Origin: a virus
Length of the DNA stretch: 64,000 bases
IMG/VR virus record: IMGVR_UViG_3300045988_065440
Location: 17,176-81,175 of that record
Strand: one strand, 5' to 3'
In this document: positions 54,164 through 63,294 of the stretch, one piece after another
How the letters are laid out: the number at the start of each line of letters is the position of its first letter
Numbering within the stretch: position 1 is the stretch's first letter
Notes under the pieces: generated by a model
The model's input: the letters and a program-made list of their open reading frames with translations, nothing else
Databases searched by the model: none
What the model was told of the DNA's origin: nothing
Translations under genes and position numbers: made by a program

Positions 54164-55183
54164 ATGGATAAAGAAATTATTGCAAATTTTGAGAATTTAT
54201 ATCGTTCTTACAAAAAGGTTAAGATCGGTAAGAAATTTAATTCAGGTACTGCAAGATTTTCTAATTTGTCTCTTGAAGGCATTCATCTCTTGAAGGAACA
54301 ATTAGAAAGTCAAACGTATACCATAAATCCGTATAATAAATTTCAAATTCATGAGCCAAAAGAGCGAACGATAGAATCATGTGCATTTAAGGATAAAGTA
54401 GTGCAGAGATGCTTTTCTGATTACATTCTGACACCGAAACTTGAAAATATCCTGATTAAATGGAACACTGCCGGGCAGCAAGGAAAAGGGCAACACATGG
54501 CAATGGACGGGTTAAGAAATCAAATGTTGGATTTCTATAAAAAAAATGGAATGAATAGTTGGATTGTAAAATGTGATATTCACAAATACTTTTATTGCAT
54601 AGACCATGAAATCATGAAGGATGTTTTGGATTATTACTTTGATGATGATTTTACAGTCTGGTTAAACCATTTGTTTATTGACAGTACAGGTAATCCCGGG
54701 CTTCCATTAGGAAATCAGGTAAATCAGAAGTACGCATTGTTGCTTTTACATTCACTGGATCAGATGATAACGATTGAATTTGGAAATCCATATTATGGAC
54801 GATACAACGATGATTTTTATGTGATTTGTAAAACGAAAGAAGATGCCAGAGAAATTTTTGAAGCAATCCGAATGATGATTGAAAGCCTTAGACTGGAATT
54901 AAATCCTAAATCACAAATTGTACCATTTTGCATGGGCTTGTGTTATCTGGGTTTTCACCATTACGTGACTGATGAAGGAAAATATATCAGGAAATTGCGT
55001 GGTGATAAGAAAAGAAAAACACAGAGGAAAATTCGAAGATGGGTACAGGCGGTGAACGACAGGAAGATGCCGATAAAAAAATTCAATGAAAAATACGAAT
55101 CATGCAAGAATCATATGCTTCATGGAAATTGCATCAAATTATGCCATAGTATGGATTTGGATATTGAAAGGAGAATGAAATGA
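54164..55183 (+). CDS. DGR-type reverse transcriptase
   Basis: YNDD catalytic box (GRYNDDFYVIC). LPLGNQVNQ resembles the DGR [ILV]GxxxSQ motif. 339 aa. Confidence 0.85.
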   Translation: MDKEIIANFENLYRSYKKVKIGKKFNSGTARFSNLSLEGIHLLKEQLESQTYTINPYNKFQIHEPKERTIESCAFKDKVVQRCFSDYILTPKLENILIKWNTAGQQGKGQHMAMDGLRNQMLDFYKKNGMNSWIVKCDIHKYFYCIDHEIMKDVLDYYFDDDFTVWLNHLFIDSTGNPGLPLGNQVNQKYALLLLHSLDQMITIEFGNPYYGRYNDDFYVICKTKEDAREIFEAIRMMIESLRLELNPKSQIVPFCMGLCYLGFHHYVTDEGKYIRKLRGDKKRKTQRKIRRWVQAVNDRKMPIKKFNEKYESCKNHMLHGNCIKLCHSMDLDIERRMK

Positions 55184-55530
55184 GATTAGTAAGTCAGAAT
55201 GGAGAATTTGATGTTCCTTATGAAATCGCAGCATTAAGTAGAACAGGAAATATTATAAGAGTATATGTGCCGATAGTTGGTGAAAAAGGAACAATTATGG
55301 CTCGTTATTCGACAAATGAAAAAGCCCAAAAAGCTATGAAAGCGTTGCATAAAGTGTATGCAGGAATGTTTCTTGCGCAAAACGTTGAAATGAGCGATGA
55401 CGATTACGAGGAATGTATAAAAATGGCTGCAAGAGGTTTTGGAATCATCAAAACAATGGTTAACAGCCCAGATGTGAAATTCGAACCGGCAAACATCGTG
55501 TTCAGATTCCCGGAGGATGATGAAGTATGA
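55180..55530 (+). CDS. hypothetical protein (paralog of 61696..62043)
   Basis: Shared MRLVSQNG / YSTNEKAQKAMKAL / FRFPEDDEV pattern. Confidence 0.6.
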   Translation: MRLVSQNGEFDVPYEIAALSRTGNIIRVYVPIVGEKGTIMARYSTNEKAQKAMKALHKVYAGMFLAQNVEMSDDDYEECIKMAARGFGIIKTMVNSPDVKFEPANIVFRFPEDDEV

Positions 55531-55730
55531 AGAGAGTAGACAGCAAGAAGGACTGGGAACAGGTAATAACCATTGAACTTCCGTTGAGGGAACTCAAATT
55601 AATACGAGACAGCATGTGCAAAGTAAGCTATGCGGAGTTAGAGAGTCTAAATAGAGGGAAGGACATACCATATGCCTATTCCGATTTAGAGAAAGCCATA
55701 GATGAAGTTGAAAATATCTTAGAAGCATAA
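55527..55730 (+). CDS. hypothetical protein
   Basis: 67 aa; ATGA overlap. Confidence 0.55.
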   Translation: MKRVDSKKDWEQVITIELPLRELKLIRDSMCKVSYAELESLNRGKDIPYAYSDLEKAIDEVENILEA

Positions 55731-55761
55731 ATGTATTTCGTGGAAAGCGAGGTGATATCAT

Positions 55762-56529
55762 TTGTTCATGCGAGTAATTTCAACAGGAAGTACCAAAGGA
55801 AATTGTTACGCTTTGCAGTCAAGCACAGGCGAGATTGTTCTTCTTGACTGTGGATGCAACTACAAGAAAATCCTTAGAGGGATTGACTACCAGATAAGCA
55901 ATGTTGAAGCTGTACTTCTTTCACATGGGCACGGAGATCACACCGAAGCATTCAAGGAAATAATGAATGCAGGCATTCAGATTTACACCAATGACGAGAC
56001 AGTTGAGAACATGAACATCCGAACAGGTGAGCTGATGAAAGGTGTTCCAGAAAGATACCCATTTAGAGTTGGTTCGTTTAATGTGACTCCGTTCAATCTC
56101 CCACATACGACATATGATAAGGATACAAAGCAGCTTGTACCTTGCCCGAACTTTGGCTACTTGATAAAGCATAAAGAAATGGGAAATATTCTGTACATGA
56201 CGGATTTTGAGTATTGCAAGTATGATTTCCAGAACGCAAAACCAGCCCACATTATTATTGAATGCAACTACTGCGAAGAACTGGTGGACAGGTCAGAAGC
56301 CAACTACATCCATAGATTGAAAGGACATTGTTCTTTGCCGACTTGTAAACAATTCATTAAGCAAAACCGCACAGAATCGCTCCGAACAGTGACATTGGTA
56401 CATTTAAGTGGTCAAGCATCAGATGCCAGTAAAATACAAAAAGAAATACAGGAAGTCGCAGGAAGTAATGTTCTGGTTCAGATTGGACGGGCTGGACTGG
56501 AAGTTGACTTGAATTTATGCCCGTTCTGA
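55762..56529 (+). CDS. MBL-fold metallo-hydrolase (possible nuclease)
   Basis: HGHGDH (HxHxDH) motif. TTG or ATG start after GAGGTG. Confidence 0.7.
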   Translation: MFMRVISTGSTKGNCYALQSSTGEIVLLDCGCNYKKILRGIDYQISNVEAVLLSHGHGDHTEAFKEIMNAGIQIYTNDETVENMNIRTGELMKGVPERYPFRVGSFNVTPFNLPHTTYDKDTKQLVPCPNFGYLIKHKEMGNILYMTDFEYCKYDFQNAKPAHIIIECNYCEELVDRSEANYIHRLKGHCSLPTCKQFIKQNRTESLRTVTLVHLSGQASDASKIQKEIQEVAGSNVLVQIGRAGLEVDLNLCPF

Positions 56530-56542
56530 AAGGAGAAATTTT

Positions 56543-56659
56543 ATGGAAATGACAGACTGTAACAAATGCAGGTTTCGTAACTGCTGTACGTTAGCATGGG
56601 ATTACGGTTTACTTTATTGCAATGATTATGAGGAGGAAGACACATGGAATATTTCTTAG
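56543..56659 (+). CDS. 38-aa Cys-rich peptide
   Basis: GAAAGGAG SD. CNKC...NCC...C. Confidence 0.35.
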   Translation: MEMTDCNKCRFRNCCTLAWDYGLLYCNDYEEEDTWNIS

Positions 56660-57018
56660 AATCACTTAAAAAATTAAAAAAGCCGTCAACCCACAGCAAT
56701 CCAGAAGATGTTGACCCGTTGTTCTGTCGGTACAACAAGGGTTGGAATGATGCAATCGAAAAGGTTGAAAAACTGATTAATTCCTATAGCTTATCGGATA
56801 TGTGGATTCCAGTAGACGTGAAACTGCCGCCGGAACCAAAACCTAATCATAATTTTAAAGGAGACATATATTTGATTGCTACCGAAAAAGAAACAATTCC
56901 ATTCAGAGCAATGTGGAATGGAGAATATTTTACAGACGGTTTCGAAAAATTGAAAGTAATTGCATGGATGCCTTTGCCAGCTATGCCAAAACCGTACAAG
57001 GAGAACAAACATGAATAA
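56644..57018 (+). CDS. DUF551-like protein
   Basis: ...WIPVDVKLPPE...VIAWMPLPAMPKPYK. C-terminal pattern shared with 62330..62722. Confidence 0.6.
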   Translation: MEYFLESLKKLKKPSTHSNPEDVDPLFCRYNKGWNDAIEKVEKLINSYSLSDMWIPVDVKLPPEPKPNHNFKGDIYLIATEKETIPFRAMWNGEYFTDGFEKLKVIAWMPLPAMPKPYKENKHE

Positions 57019-57307
57019 AGTAATTTTGATCGGACGTTTGATTAAAGATCCAGACATCCGAACGGGAACAAATGATACCAAGATCGCCAGATACATACTT
57101 GCAGTTGAGAGACAGTATCGCAAAAATAATGAACGCACATCAGACTTCATAAATTGCGTTGCACTTGGAAAGAATGGCGAGTTTGCAGAAAACAAGAAGA
57201 ACCAGCCAGAAGAACAGTCGCAGCCACCAGTTCCAAGTCCAGAACAGGACACAAGCGGATTCATGGATATGCCATCAATTATGGATGACGAACTTCCGTT
57301 TAATTAA
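57011..57307 (+). CDS. ssb: SSB with internally deleted OB fold and intact acidic C-terminal tip
   Basis: MNKVILIGRLIKDPDIR...DFINCVALGKNGEFAEN, then directly a Pro/Gln linker and MDDELPF. The beta4-beta5 part of the OB fold is absent. Confidence 0.6.
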   Translation: MNKVILIGRLIKDPDIRTGTNDTKIARYILAVERQYRKNNERTSDFINCVALGKNGEFAENKKNQPEEQSQPPVPSPEQDTSGFMDMPSIMDDELPFN

Positions 57308-57318
57308 GGAGTAATGAA

Positions 57319-57735
57319 ATGGTACAAACAGGACAGATTATTTATTTCAGCAATCAGAAAATAATGTGCTTTGATGTTGAATCCATTGAGGATATTACTG
57401 AACCACCAGAACAAATAGAAACTACATCGGTTTATGGTGAAACAAGAACATATGTGCCGGCAATGATGAACCCAACAACTCTTACTGTCACTGGAAAGGA
57501 ACTTGTAAAACTTGACCCAACAACCATGAAACGTATTGCCAGATACAATCTTGAAGAAGAAAACGCAGCGCTGCTTAAAGAAATCGAAGAACGTAAAAAG
57601 GTAATTGCAAATCTTGAGCAAAAAGAAGAGGTTCTACGCGACAGGTTTAGAAAAGCAATAGCTACATTTAAAGAAATCATGGAAAATGGTTACTATGATG
57701 ATGGTGAATATGAGGATGAAGATGAATGGGAGTGA
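57319..57735 (+). CDS. hypothetical protein
   Basis: 138 aa; AAGGAG SD. Confidence 0.6.
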   Translation: MVQTGQIIYFSNQKIMCFDVESIEDITEPPEQIETTSVYGETRTYVPAMMNPTTLTVTGKELVKLDPTTMKRIARYNLEEENAALLKEIEERKKVIANLEQKEEVLRDRFRKAIATFKEIMENGYYDDGEYEDEDEWE

Positions 57736-57739
57736 TTAA

Positions 57740-58165
57740 ATGGAACCAGTTTTAGAGTGTAAATTTGATTATAAAGGTTATCCATGTGTAGTTCTGTTTA
57801 CGACCGGAGCATACAGATGCGGATATGTTGGAGTACCTTACAGTCACAAGTTAGCGAACAAAAGTGTTGATGAGTTGAGTCATCTTAGATGCCATGGTGG
57901 AGTTACTTATGCAGAATCGCATTTATATAATTGTGATGATAAAGATACATGGTGGATTGGATTTGATTGTGCTCATTGTTTTGATGGATACGATATTGAG
58001 GTTGCAAAACAGTATTTTGGAGATGACCCAGGTTTCAAAAGATTGTTTTATACAATGGAAGATTTCTGGAGAGAATCAAATAATGATTCCGAAGATAAAA
58101 TCCGCTCACTTGCTTATGTCAAAGATGAGTGTAAGAAACTCGTTGACCAGATTGAAAAGGAGTGA
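57740..58165 (+). CDS. hypothetical protein (Cys/His-rich)
   Basis: 141 aa. CHGGVTY...WWIGFDCAHC. Confidence 0.6.
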   Translation: MEPVLECKFDYKGYPCVVLFTTGAYRCGYVGVPYSHKLANKSVDELSHLRCHGGVTYAESHLYNCDDKDTWWIGFDCAHCFDGYDIEVAKQYFGDDPGFKRLFYTMEDFWRESNNDSEDKIRSLAYVKDECKKLVDQIEKE

Positions 58166-58171
58166 TTCCTA

Positions 58172-58762
58172 GTGGATTATAAAAAAATTCGTCAGGTCAA
58201 GGCTATCGAAGCAAGCAATAAGAAAAGACTTTTAAAAGTCAATCCCAAATTGGATAACAAAAGTGGTATTTATTTCTTAACCAGAGTAGATGAAAACGGA
58301 ATCCCATTTTTTTATATCGGGCAGGCAGTACATCTAATTCAGAGGATGTGTTCGCATCTCACTGGATATCAGCACATCGACTTATCCATAAAGAAAAGAG
58401 GGTTCTACAGTGAAGATAATCCTTTTGGATGGAAAATTAATTTCATTCATTATCCGGTAGAACAGCTTGATAAAATGGAGCAGTTCTGGATTCTGGAATA
58501 TACAAAGAAAGGTTATCAATGCAGATACAACAAGACATCTGGAAGCCAAGGCGAGGGGAAAGAAAAGATTAATGAATTCAAACCAGCTAAAGGCTATAGA
58601 GATGGAATCAAGCAAGGAAAAACAACCCTTGCAAGAGAATTAAAGCATATCATTGATACTCACTTGGAAGTTTCAATCAAACCAGAGAAATCAAACAACA
58701 AGGTGTCTATAAAGGCACTTGAAAAATTCAACAATCTTCTTGATGAAGAATCTTACAAATGA
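58172..58762 (+). CDS. GIY-YIG nuclease
   Basis: SGIYFLT...FFYIGQAVHLIQRMCSH...E...YNK. GTG start after AAGGAG. Confidence 0.7.
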   Translation: MDYKKIRQVKAIEASNKKRLLKVNPKLDNKSGIYFLTRVDENGIPFFYIGQAVHLIQRMCSHLTGYQHIDLSIKKRGFYSEDNPFGWKINFIHYPVEQLDKMEQFWILEYTKKGYQCRYNKTSGSQGEGKEKINEFKPAKGYRDGIKQGKTTLARELKHIIDTHLEVSIKPEKSNNKVSIKALEKFNNLLDEESYK

Positions 58763-58856
58763 TAAAGCTGCCGATTCTGGCAGAAAATTCCAATTAAATA
58801 AATGAAAGGAGCTTGCCTTCATATGACGCAAGGGTGCACCGGGCTTCTTTTAAAAG

Positions 58857-59690
58857 ATGAAATTAAAATGTGAAATCTATAGAGATTCTATGCAGAATTA
58901 TAAAAAATATGCAATTCCAAGAGCACAACTTGTAATTGCGGATGTGCCTTACAATGTTGGCAACAATTTTTATGGTAGCAACCCTATGTGGTATACAGGG
59001 GGCGATAACAAAAACGGTGAAAGTAAATTAGCCGGAAAAGCAGCTTTTAACTCAGACTTCAATTTCAACTTGTATGAGTACTTTCATTTCTGCTCAAGAA
59101 TGTTGAAGAAAGAAGATAAGAAGCCCATACAAAGAGGAAGAAGCAGCAATTCACCGTGTATGATCGTATTTTGCTCATTTGAACAAATTCAAACTCTGAT
59201 TAATGCAGCTGCAAAACATGGATTTATCCATTATATCCCCCTTATATTTATCAAAAACTATAGTCCACAGGTGCTAAAAGCGAATATGCGTGTAGTTGGT
59301 GCCACGGAATATGCGCTTCTGTTTTACAGAGACCGACTTCCAAAATTCAGAAACGGCGCACAGTTTGACGAAAATGGAAAGACAATCAGAGGAACCGGAC
59401 ACATGGTATTTAACTGGTTTCAGTGGGAAAGAGACCCAAAAGATATCCCAAAGATTCACCCTGCGCAGAAACCAGTTGCACTTTTAAAGAAACTGATTAA
59501 AACGTTTACTGATTCCGGCGATGTAGTTATTGACCCATGCTGTGGAAGCGGAGCCACATTGCGAGCCGCGTATGAGCTTGGAAGGAATGCTTACGGATTC
59601 GAAATTGATCGGACATTTTACGAAAGAGCAAAGAATGAAATGCTTATCTTCGAGAAATATTCGCAAATGAATATTAATGATCTTATTTAA
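58857..59690 (+). CDS. DNA methyltransferase (N6-A/N4-C, beta class), orphan
   Basis: Motif IV, ADVPYN, is N-terminal and motif I, DPCCGSGAT, is C-terminal. No adjacent restriction gene was seen. Confidence 0.75.
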   Translation: MKLKCEIYRDSMQNYKKYAIPRAQLVIADVPYNVGNNFYGSNPMWYTGGDNKNGESKLAGKAAFNSDFNFNLYEYFHFCSRMLKKEDKKPIQRGRSSNSPCMIVFCSFEQIQTLINAAAKHGFIHYIPLIFIKNYSPQVLKANMRVVGATEYALLFYRDRLPKFRNGAQFDENGKTIRGTGHMVFNWFQWERDPKDIPKIHPAQKPVALLKKLIKTFTDSGDVVIDPCCGSGATLRAAYELGRNAYGFEIDRTFYERAKNEMLIFEKYSQMNINDLI

Positions 59691-59782
59691 AAAGCGCACG
59701 CCCTCTGGGATTGGAACAGTGAAACTTGTTTCCCGGCATATCACGCTATCCGATTCCAGAGATAAAAAGAAAAGAGGTAACT

Positions 59783-60052
59783 ATGGTAAGTAAATATAAC
59801 ACCGAAAGAAAGTATCTCGAAGGACAAGAGAACAGAAAAGAAATTTATCTGTTTCTTATCAGATATTTTACAAAATATGGATACGCGCCGTCATTTAAAG
59901 AAATTGCCGAAAGCCTTGGCATATCAAAAGCAACTGTGCAACGACATATGAGGCAACTTGAACTTGATGGATTGATTGCTACTGCACATCCGAATACTCC
60001 ACGAGCGTTTCGCCTTGTAGGGTATGAATATCGAAAGGTGGCGGAAGTATGA
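59783..60052 (+). CDS. LexA N-terminal-like winged-helix DNA-binding protein
   Basis: YGYAPSFKEIAESLGISKATVQRHMRQLELDGLI. No peptidase domain. Confidence 0.6.
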   Translation: MVSKYNTERKYLEGQENRKEIYLFLIRYFTKYGYAPSFKEIAESLGISKATVQRHMRQLELDGLIATAHPNTPRAFRLVGYEYRKVAEV

Positions 60053-60144
60053 GACTATACAGTGTTTTCGAGAATGAACAATGGATTGGCGATATGACCG
60101 CTGATGATATTTCGCAAATGCTGAAAGGATTGGTGAGAGCATGA
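60049..60144 (+). CDS. 31-aa hypothetical peptide
   Basis: ATGA overlaps at both ends. Confidence 0.35.
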   Translation: MRLYSVFENEQWIGDMTADDISQMLKGLVRA

Positions 60145-60596
60145 ACAGGGCAGAGAGAAGAAGGCAGCAGAAAGCATCTGAGAAAGCATTCTTAAATGCA
60201 CCGTACAATTTCAGCAATTTCAGCCTGGAACAAATTTCAAAGGTGACAGGTGCAAGAGTTGAAACACTAAAACTGTACTTGAAGCAACGTGAAGATGAAA
60301 TGCGCAAGGAAATATCGGAAGAACTTATTTCAGAATCACAAGAAAAGCTGTGGAAAGCAGAGGATTATATCGCAGTTGCAAATGTTCTTATCAGTTTGTT
60401 TGCAATTAAGGAAACATGGGGATTTACAAAATCCAATCAGAGATTCTTAGAAAACCTAAACTCTGCCAAAGAACACATTGAAGAAGTTGGAATTGAAAAA
60501 GCATACCAGGAAGCAAAAGAAACAATGGAAATTAAACTTGAATTTGATTCCATAAATATAAATAAAGAATTTGGGTTTGGAGAAAGTGAGGACTAA
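60141..60596 (+). CDS. hypothetical protein
   Basis: 151-aa ORF. Confidence 0.6.
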   Translation: MNRAERRRQQKASEKAFLNAPYNFSNFSLEQISKVTGARVETLKLYLKQREDEMRKEISEELISESQEKLWKAEDYIAVANVLISLFAIKETWGFTKSNQRFLENLNSAKEHIEEVGIEKAYQEAKETMEIKLEFDSININKEFGFGESED

Positions 60597-60598
60597 TC

Positions 60599-60937
60599 AT
60601 GGCAGAGAATTGCAATGAAAACTGTATTGAATGGATCAAAGGAAGCGAGTTTGCAGGAGTTACTGCTTCTGAAATTGCATTTAAAAATCAAGTTCTTGAA
60701 CTTGCAAAGAAGCGACCAGAAGACGTTAAGATTATTGCCATGAATAATGATGGCTCTATATATGCTCATGTTCCAAGAAAATATGTAAAATTACGAGCAC
60801 CACGGATTCTGACAGAAGAACAGAGAGTTGAACTGGTGGAACGTGGAAAGAATATGTCCAGAAATAAATCAACTGATTGTGAAGAAACGTCAGATTTCGA
60901 TTCTGACGATGAAGATGAGGAAATGTTCGATGTTTAA
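60599..60937 (+). CDS. hypothetical protein with acidic C-terminus
   Basis: 112 aa; GTGAGGA SD. Confidence 0.6.
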   Translation: MAENCNENCIEWIKGSEFAGVTASEIAFKNQVLELAKKRPEDVKIIAMNNDGSIYAHVPRKYVKLRAPRILTEEQRVELVERGKNMSRNKSTDCEETSDFDSDDEDEEMFDV

Positions 60938-61172
60938 TGAAAGAATGGGAATTAATGTTGAAAATGGTAAAAGTAGGATTTGCCCTAAATGCGGGAATCG
61001 TTTTCATGTTTTTGCAGATTATAACCGGCATTGTGGAGGAGATTTATATTGGTGCGAATGCACAGAATGTAAAACCATTACAAAAATACATCACAGTAAG
61101 GAAGCTGCAATAGTGGCTTTTAAGGAAGGATTGGTACACAAAAATGAGCAAAGTGAACATATATGGGCTTAA
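60930..61172 (+). CDS. zinc-ribbon protein
   Basis: ATG 60930 overlaps the upstream stop. CPKCG...CGG...CECTEC. Confidence 0.5.
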   Translation: MFNERMGINVENGKSRICPKCGNRFHVFADYNRHCGGDLYWCECTECKTITKIHHSKEAAIVAFKEGLVHKNEQSEHIWA

Positions 61173-61371
61173 AGCATATATAAGTAAAACGTTTGATTTG
61201 CATGTTGGCAAAAGAATCAAATACGTAGAACGTGGTGGGGAAGAAAAAGAGCATATCTATGAGGTAAAGCAGCTTTTTCCACATTGCGTTTTACTGGAAG
61301 ATATTTACGATCACACAAGAATTTGTCCTTGTTACAGCAAATTAAGCTTGATGTTAAGAGGGATTGAATAA
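61144..61371 (+). CDS. hypothetical protein
   Basis: 75-aa ORF. Confidence 0.5.
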   Translation: MSKVNIYGLKAYISKTFDLHVGKRIKYVERGGEEKEHIYEVKQLFPHCVLLEDIYDHTRICPCYSKLSLMLRGIE

Positions 61372-61454
61372 GAATCTGGTTAAGAAGATGGGAGTATAAA
61401 ATCATGTACTAACTGCACAATAGCGTGTCAGTTGCTTACATGGGGAAAGTGAGA

Positions 61455-61739
61455 ATGAAAATGAGAAAGAATAATTACACTTCATTCTTCAAAACGAAAC
61501 CAAAGAAAGTAGAGAGATACATTCGTTGTAGGAAATGTGGCGGAAACATGGAATGGAGCAGGGACTTTCCACCACAAATTAAATGTCCGAAGTGTGGATA
61601 TACAGTATATCCAAAACCTTATGAGCCAGATTGTATCAAACTGCCAGAAACATTTGAAGAATATTTTGAATTATATGAGAAAGTGAGGATACAAAATGTT
61701 AATCAGAAGTCAGAACAAAAAGTATCTTGTAAGCACTAA
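61455..61739 (+). CDS. zinc-ribbon protein
   Basis: CRKCGG...CPKCG. Start chosen after the G-rich SD. Confidence 0.5.
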   Translation: MKMRKNNYTSFFKTKPKKVERYIRCRKCGGNMEWSRDFPPQIKCPKCGYTVYPKPYEPDCIKLPETFEEYFELYEKVRIQNVNQKSEQKVSCKH

Positions 61740-62043
61740 CAATATCAGCTTTTATGCAATGGATAGCGAAGTTATCTGCTTTGGTATATCTGGTATTGAA
61801 GATAGCGACTATATAATTCTTGGACATTACGAAACGGAAGCAAAAGCCATGAAAGTACTGGATATGATTCAGGAAGCCTATGAAGAATACAAAATTACTT
61901 GTACTTTTTTGACAGGATTTACAGGACATCGAGCAATTGTAGAGTCAAACGATATTCACGTCAATGGTTTCGAAGAACTTGTAAAAAATTTTAAAAAGAA
62001 TATGGTCTTTCAGATGCCAGAAGATTCGGAGGTGGAAGTATGA
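61696..62043 (+). CDS. hypothetical protein (paralog of 55180..55530)
   Basis: MLIRSQNK / YETEAKAMKVL / FQMPEDSEV. Confidence 0.6.
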   Translation: MLIRSQNKKYLVSTNNISFYAMDSEVICFGISGIEDSDYIILGHYETEAKAMKVLDMIQEAYEEYKITCTFLTGFTGHRAIVESNDIHVNGFEELVKNFKKNMVFQMPEDSEVEV

Positions 62044-62333
62044 AGTACAGAAAGAAGCCGGTTGTAATTGATGCAGTACAGTGGACTGGTACAAATCATC
62101 GAGAAATGTTCGATTTTCTGACGGACTATCAGTGTACGGACCAGTACATGTCGGCAGAAGGTAAGAATTTCTATATTGACCATTGGAAGGTTCCGGGTGG
62201 ATTGGTTATTAGGACATTAGAGGGCGAACATCTGGCGAATATTGGTGATTATATTATCAGAGGTGTTCACGGTGAGTTTTATCCGTGTAAGCCAGATATA
62301 TTCAGAGAAACTTATGAGGAGGTGGAAGAATGA
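62040..62333 (+). CDS. hypothetical protein
   Basis: 97 aa; ATGA overlap. Confidence 0.6.
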   Translation: MKYRKKPVVIDAVQWTGTNHREMFDFLTDYQCTDQYMSAEGKNFYIDHWKVPGGLVIRTLEGEHLANIGDYIIRGVHGEFYPCKPDIFRETYEEVEE

Positions 62334-62722
62334 GCCATATCAAAGACAGATTAAAGCAGTACGCGGATAAATATTCGGACTGCTACAAATACGCTGGGCT
62401 GCATGTCAAAGTTATTCAGGATATGATCGAACAGCTCCAAGACGATCTGAAACAGGACGAGAAAGAAAATGGTTGGATTCCAGTCAGTAAGGGATTGCCT
62501 GAAGATGAAAAAGAGTGTCTTGTAACTCTTGAAAAAGTCTATGGAGCACCCGAAACACTTTTTGGAATTGCAAACTATTTAAAATTTGGTGATGCCGGAT
62601 ACTGGAATGAAAAGAAATACGGATACCTTGAATGGGACAAATATTCAGACGGGCACGGTGGAACGAAAATGTACAAAGTTATCGCCTGGAAGCCACTTCC
62701 AGAACCATATAAGGAGGGCTAA
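62330..62722 (+). CDS. DUF551-like protein
   Basis: ...NGWIPVSKGLPEDEKE...VIAWKPLPEPYKEG. Confidence 0.6.
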   Translation: MSHIKDRLKQYADKYSDCYKYAGLHVKVIQDMIEQLQDDLKQDEKENGWIPVSKGLPEDEKECLVTLEKVYGAPETLFGIANYLKFGDAGYWNEKKYGYLEWDKYSDGHGGTKMYKVIAWKPLPEPYKEG

Positions 62723-62724
62723 AT

Positions 62725-62868
62725 ATGGGATATTGCAAATTAGAGTGTCCGGACGGTGAAACACAGTGCTGCATCTGCTGTGATAAGCAAGGCGGTTGTG
62801 ATAATCGGTGCGACATGATGGACAATTACGAATATGCAGAAGATTATGTTAAGGAGGATGAGCCATGA
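62725..62868 (+). CDS. 47-aa Cys-rich peptide
   Basis: AAGGAGGG SD. 8 Cys (CKLEC...CCICC...C...C). Confidence 0.4.
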   Translation: MGYCKLECPDGETQCCICCDKQGGCDNRCDMMDNYEYAEDYVKEDEP

Positions 62869-62966
62869 TTACATTCTTATTAGGATTCACCCTTGGAATC
62901 ATATTCGGAGTGACTGGGCTTACATGTGTAGCGATCATGTACGACAAGCATCATCCAGATAAATAG
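62865..62966 (+). CDS. 33-aa hydrophobic peptide
   Basis: ATGA overlap; single TM. Confidence 0.35.
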   Translation: MITFLLGFTLGIIFGVTGLTCVAIMYDKHHPDK

Positions 62967-62979
62967 AAAGGAGAACAGT

Positions 62980-63294
62980 ATGCTGACAAGGAATAAAAAG
63001 CTGAAAGACTACGGTATTCCGGCAGAGGACATTGAAAAACTGAACACGATGCTGAAAGACTTTCCGGCAGAGTACGGATACCTGCTTTCCAGTGCTGCCT
63101 TGTCAGCCTGCCCGAAGAACACGGTGATAGCGGATATGGTTATTGAAAATATCTTACACCGGAAAAGTTACAGAAAAATCAGCAGAGAAAGATATATCCC
63201 AATGAATCCGAAAGACTTCTACGGATACAGACGCAAGACCGTCGCTGTACTGTATGAGAGGATGCGGTTGTTGGGAGTGTGGGAGGAAAAATAA
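62980..63294 (+). CDS. hypothetical protein
   Basis: 104 aa; AAAGGAG SD. Confidence 0.6.
   Translation: MLTRNKKLKDYGIPAEDIEKLNTMLKDFPAEYGYLLSSAALSACPKNTVIADMVIENILHRKSYRKISRERYIPMNPKDFYGYRRKTVAVLYERMRLLGVWEEK

Larger units (their letters stand above)
52381..55183 (+). mobile_element. diversity-generating retroelement cassette (target1-target2-avd-TR-RT)
   Basis: See the component features above. Confidence 0.85.

Noticed and set aside
54164-55183. Retron, group II intron or Abi-type reverse transcriptase
   Set aside because: The adjacent Avd-like gene, a TR with adenine-specific mismatches to two VRs, and the lack of intron RNA domains or an msr/msd-like inverted-repeat unit all favour a DGR.
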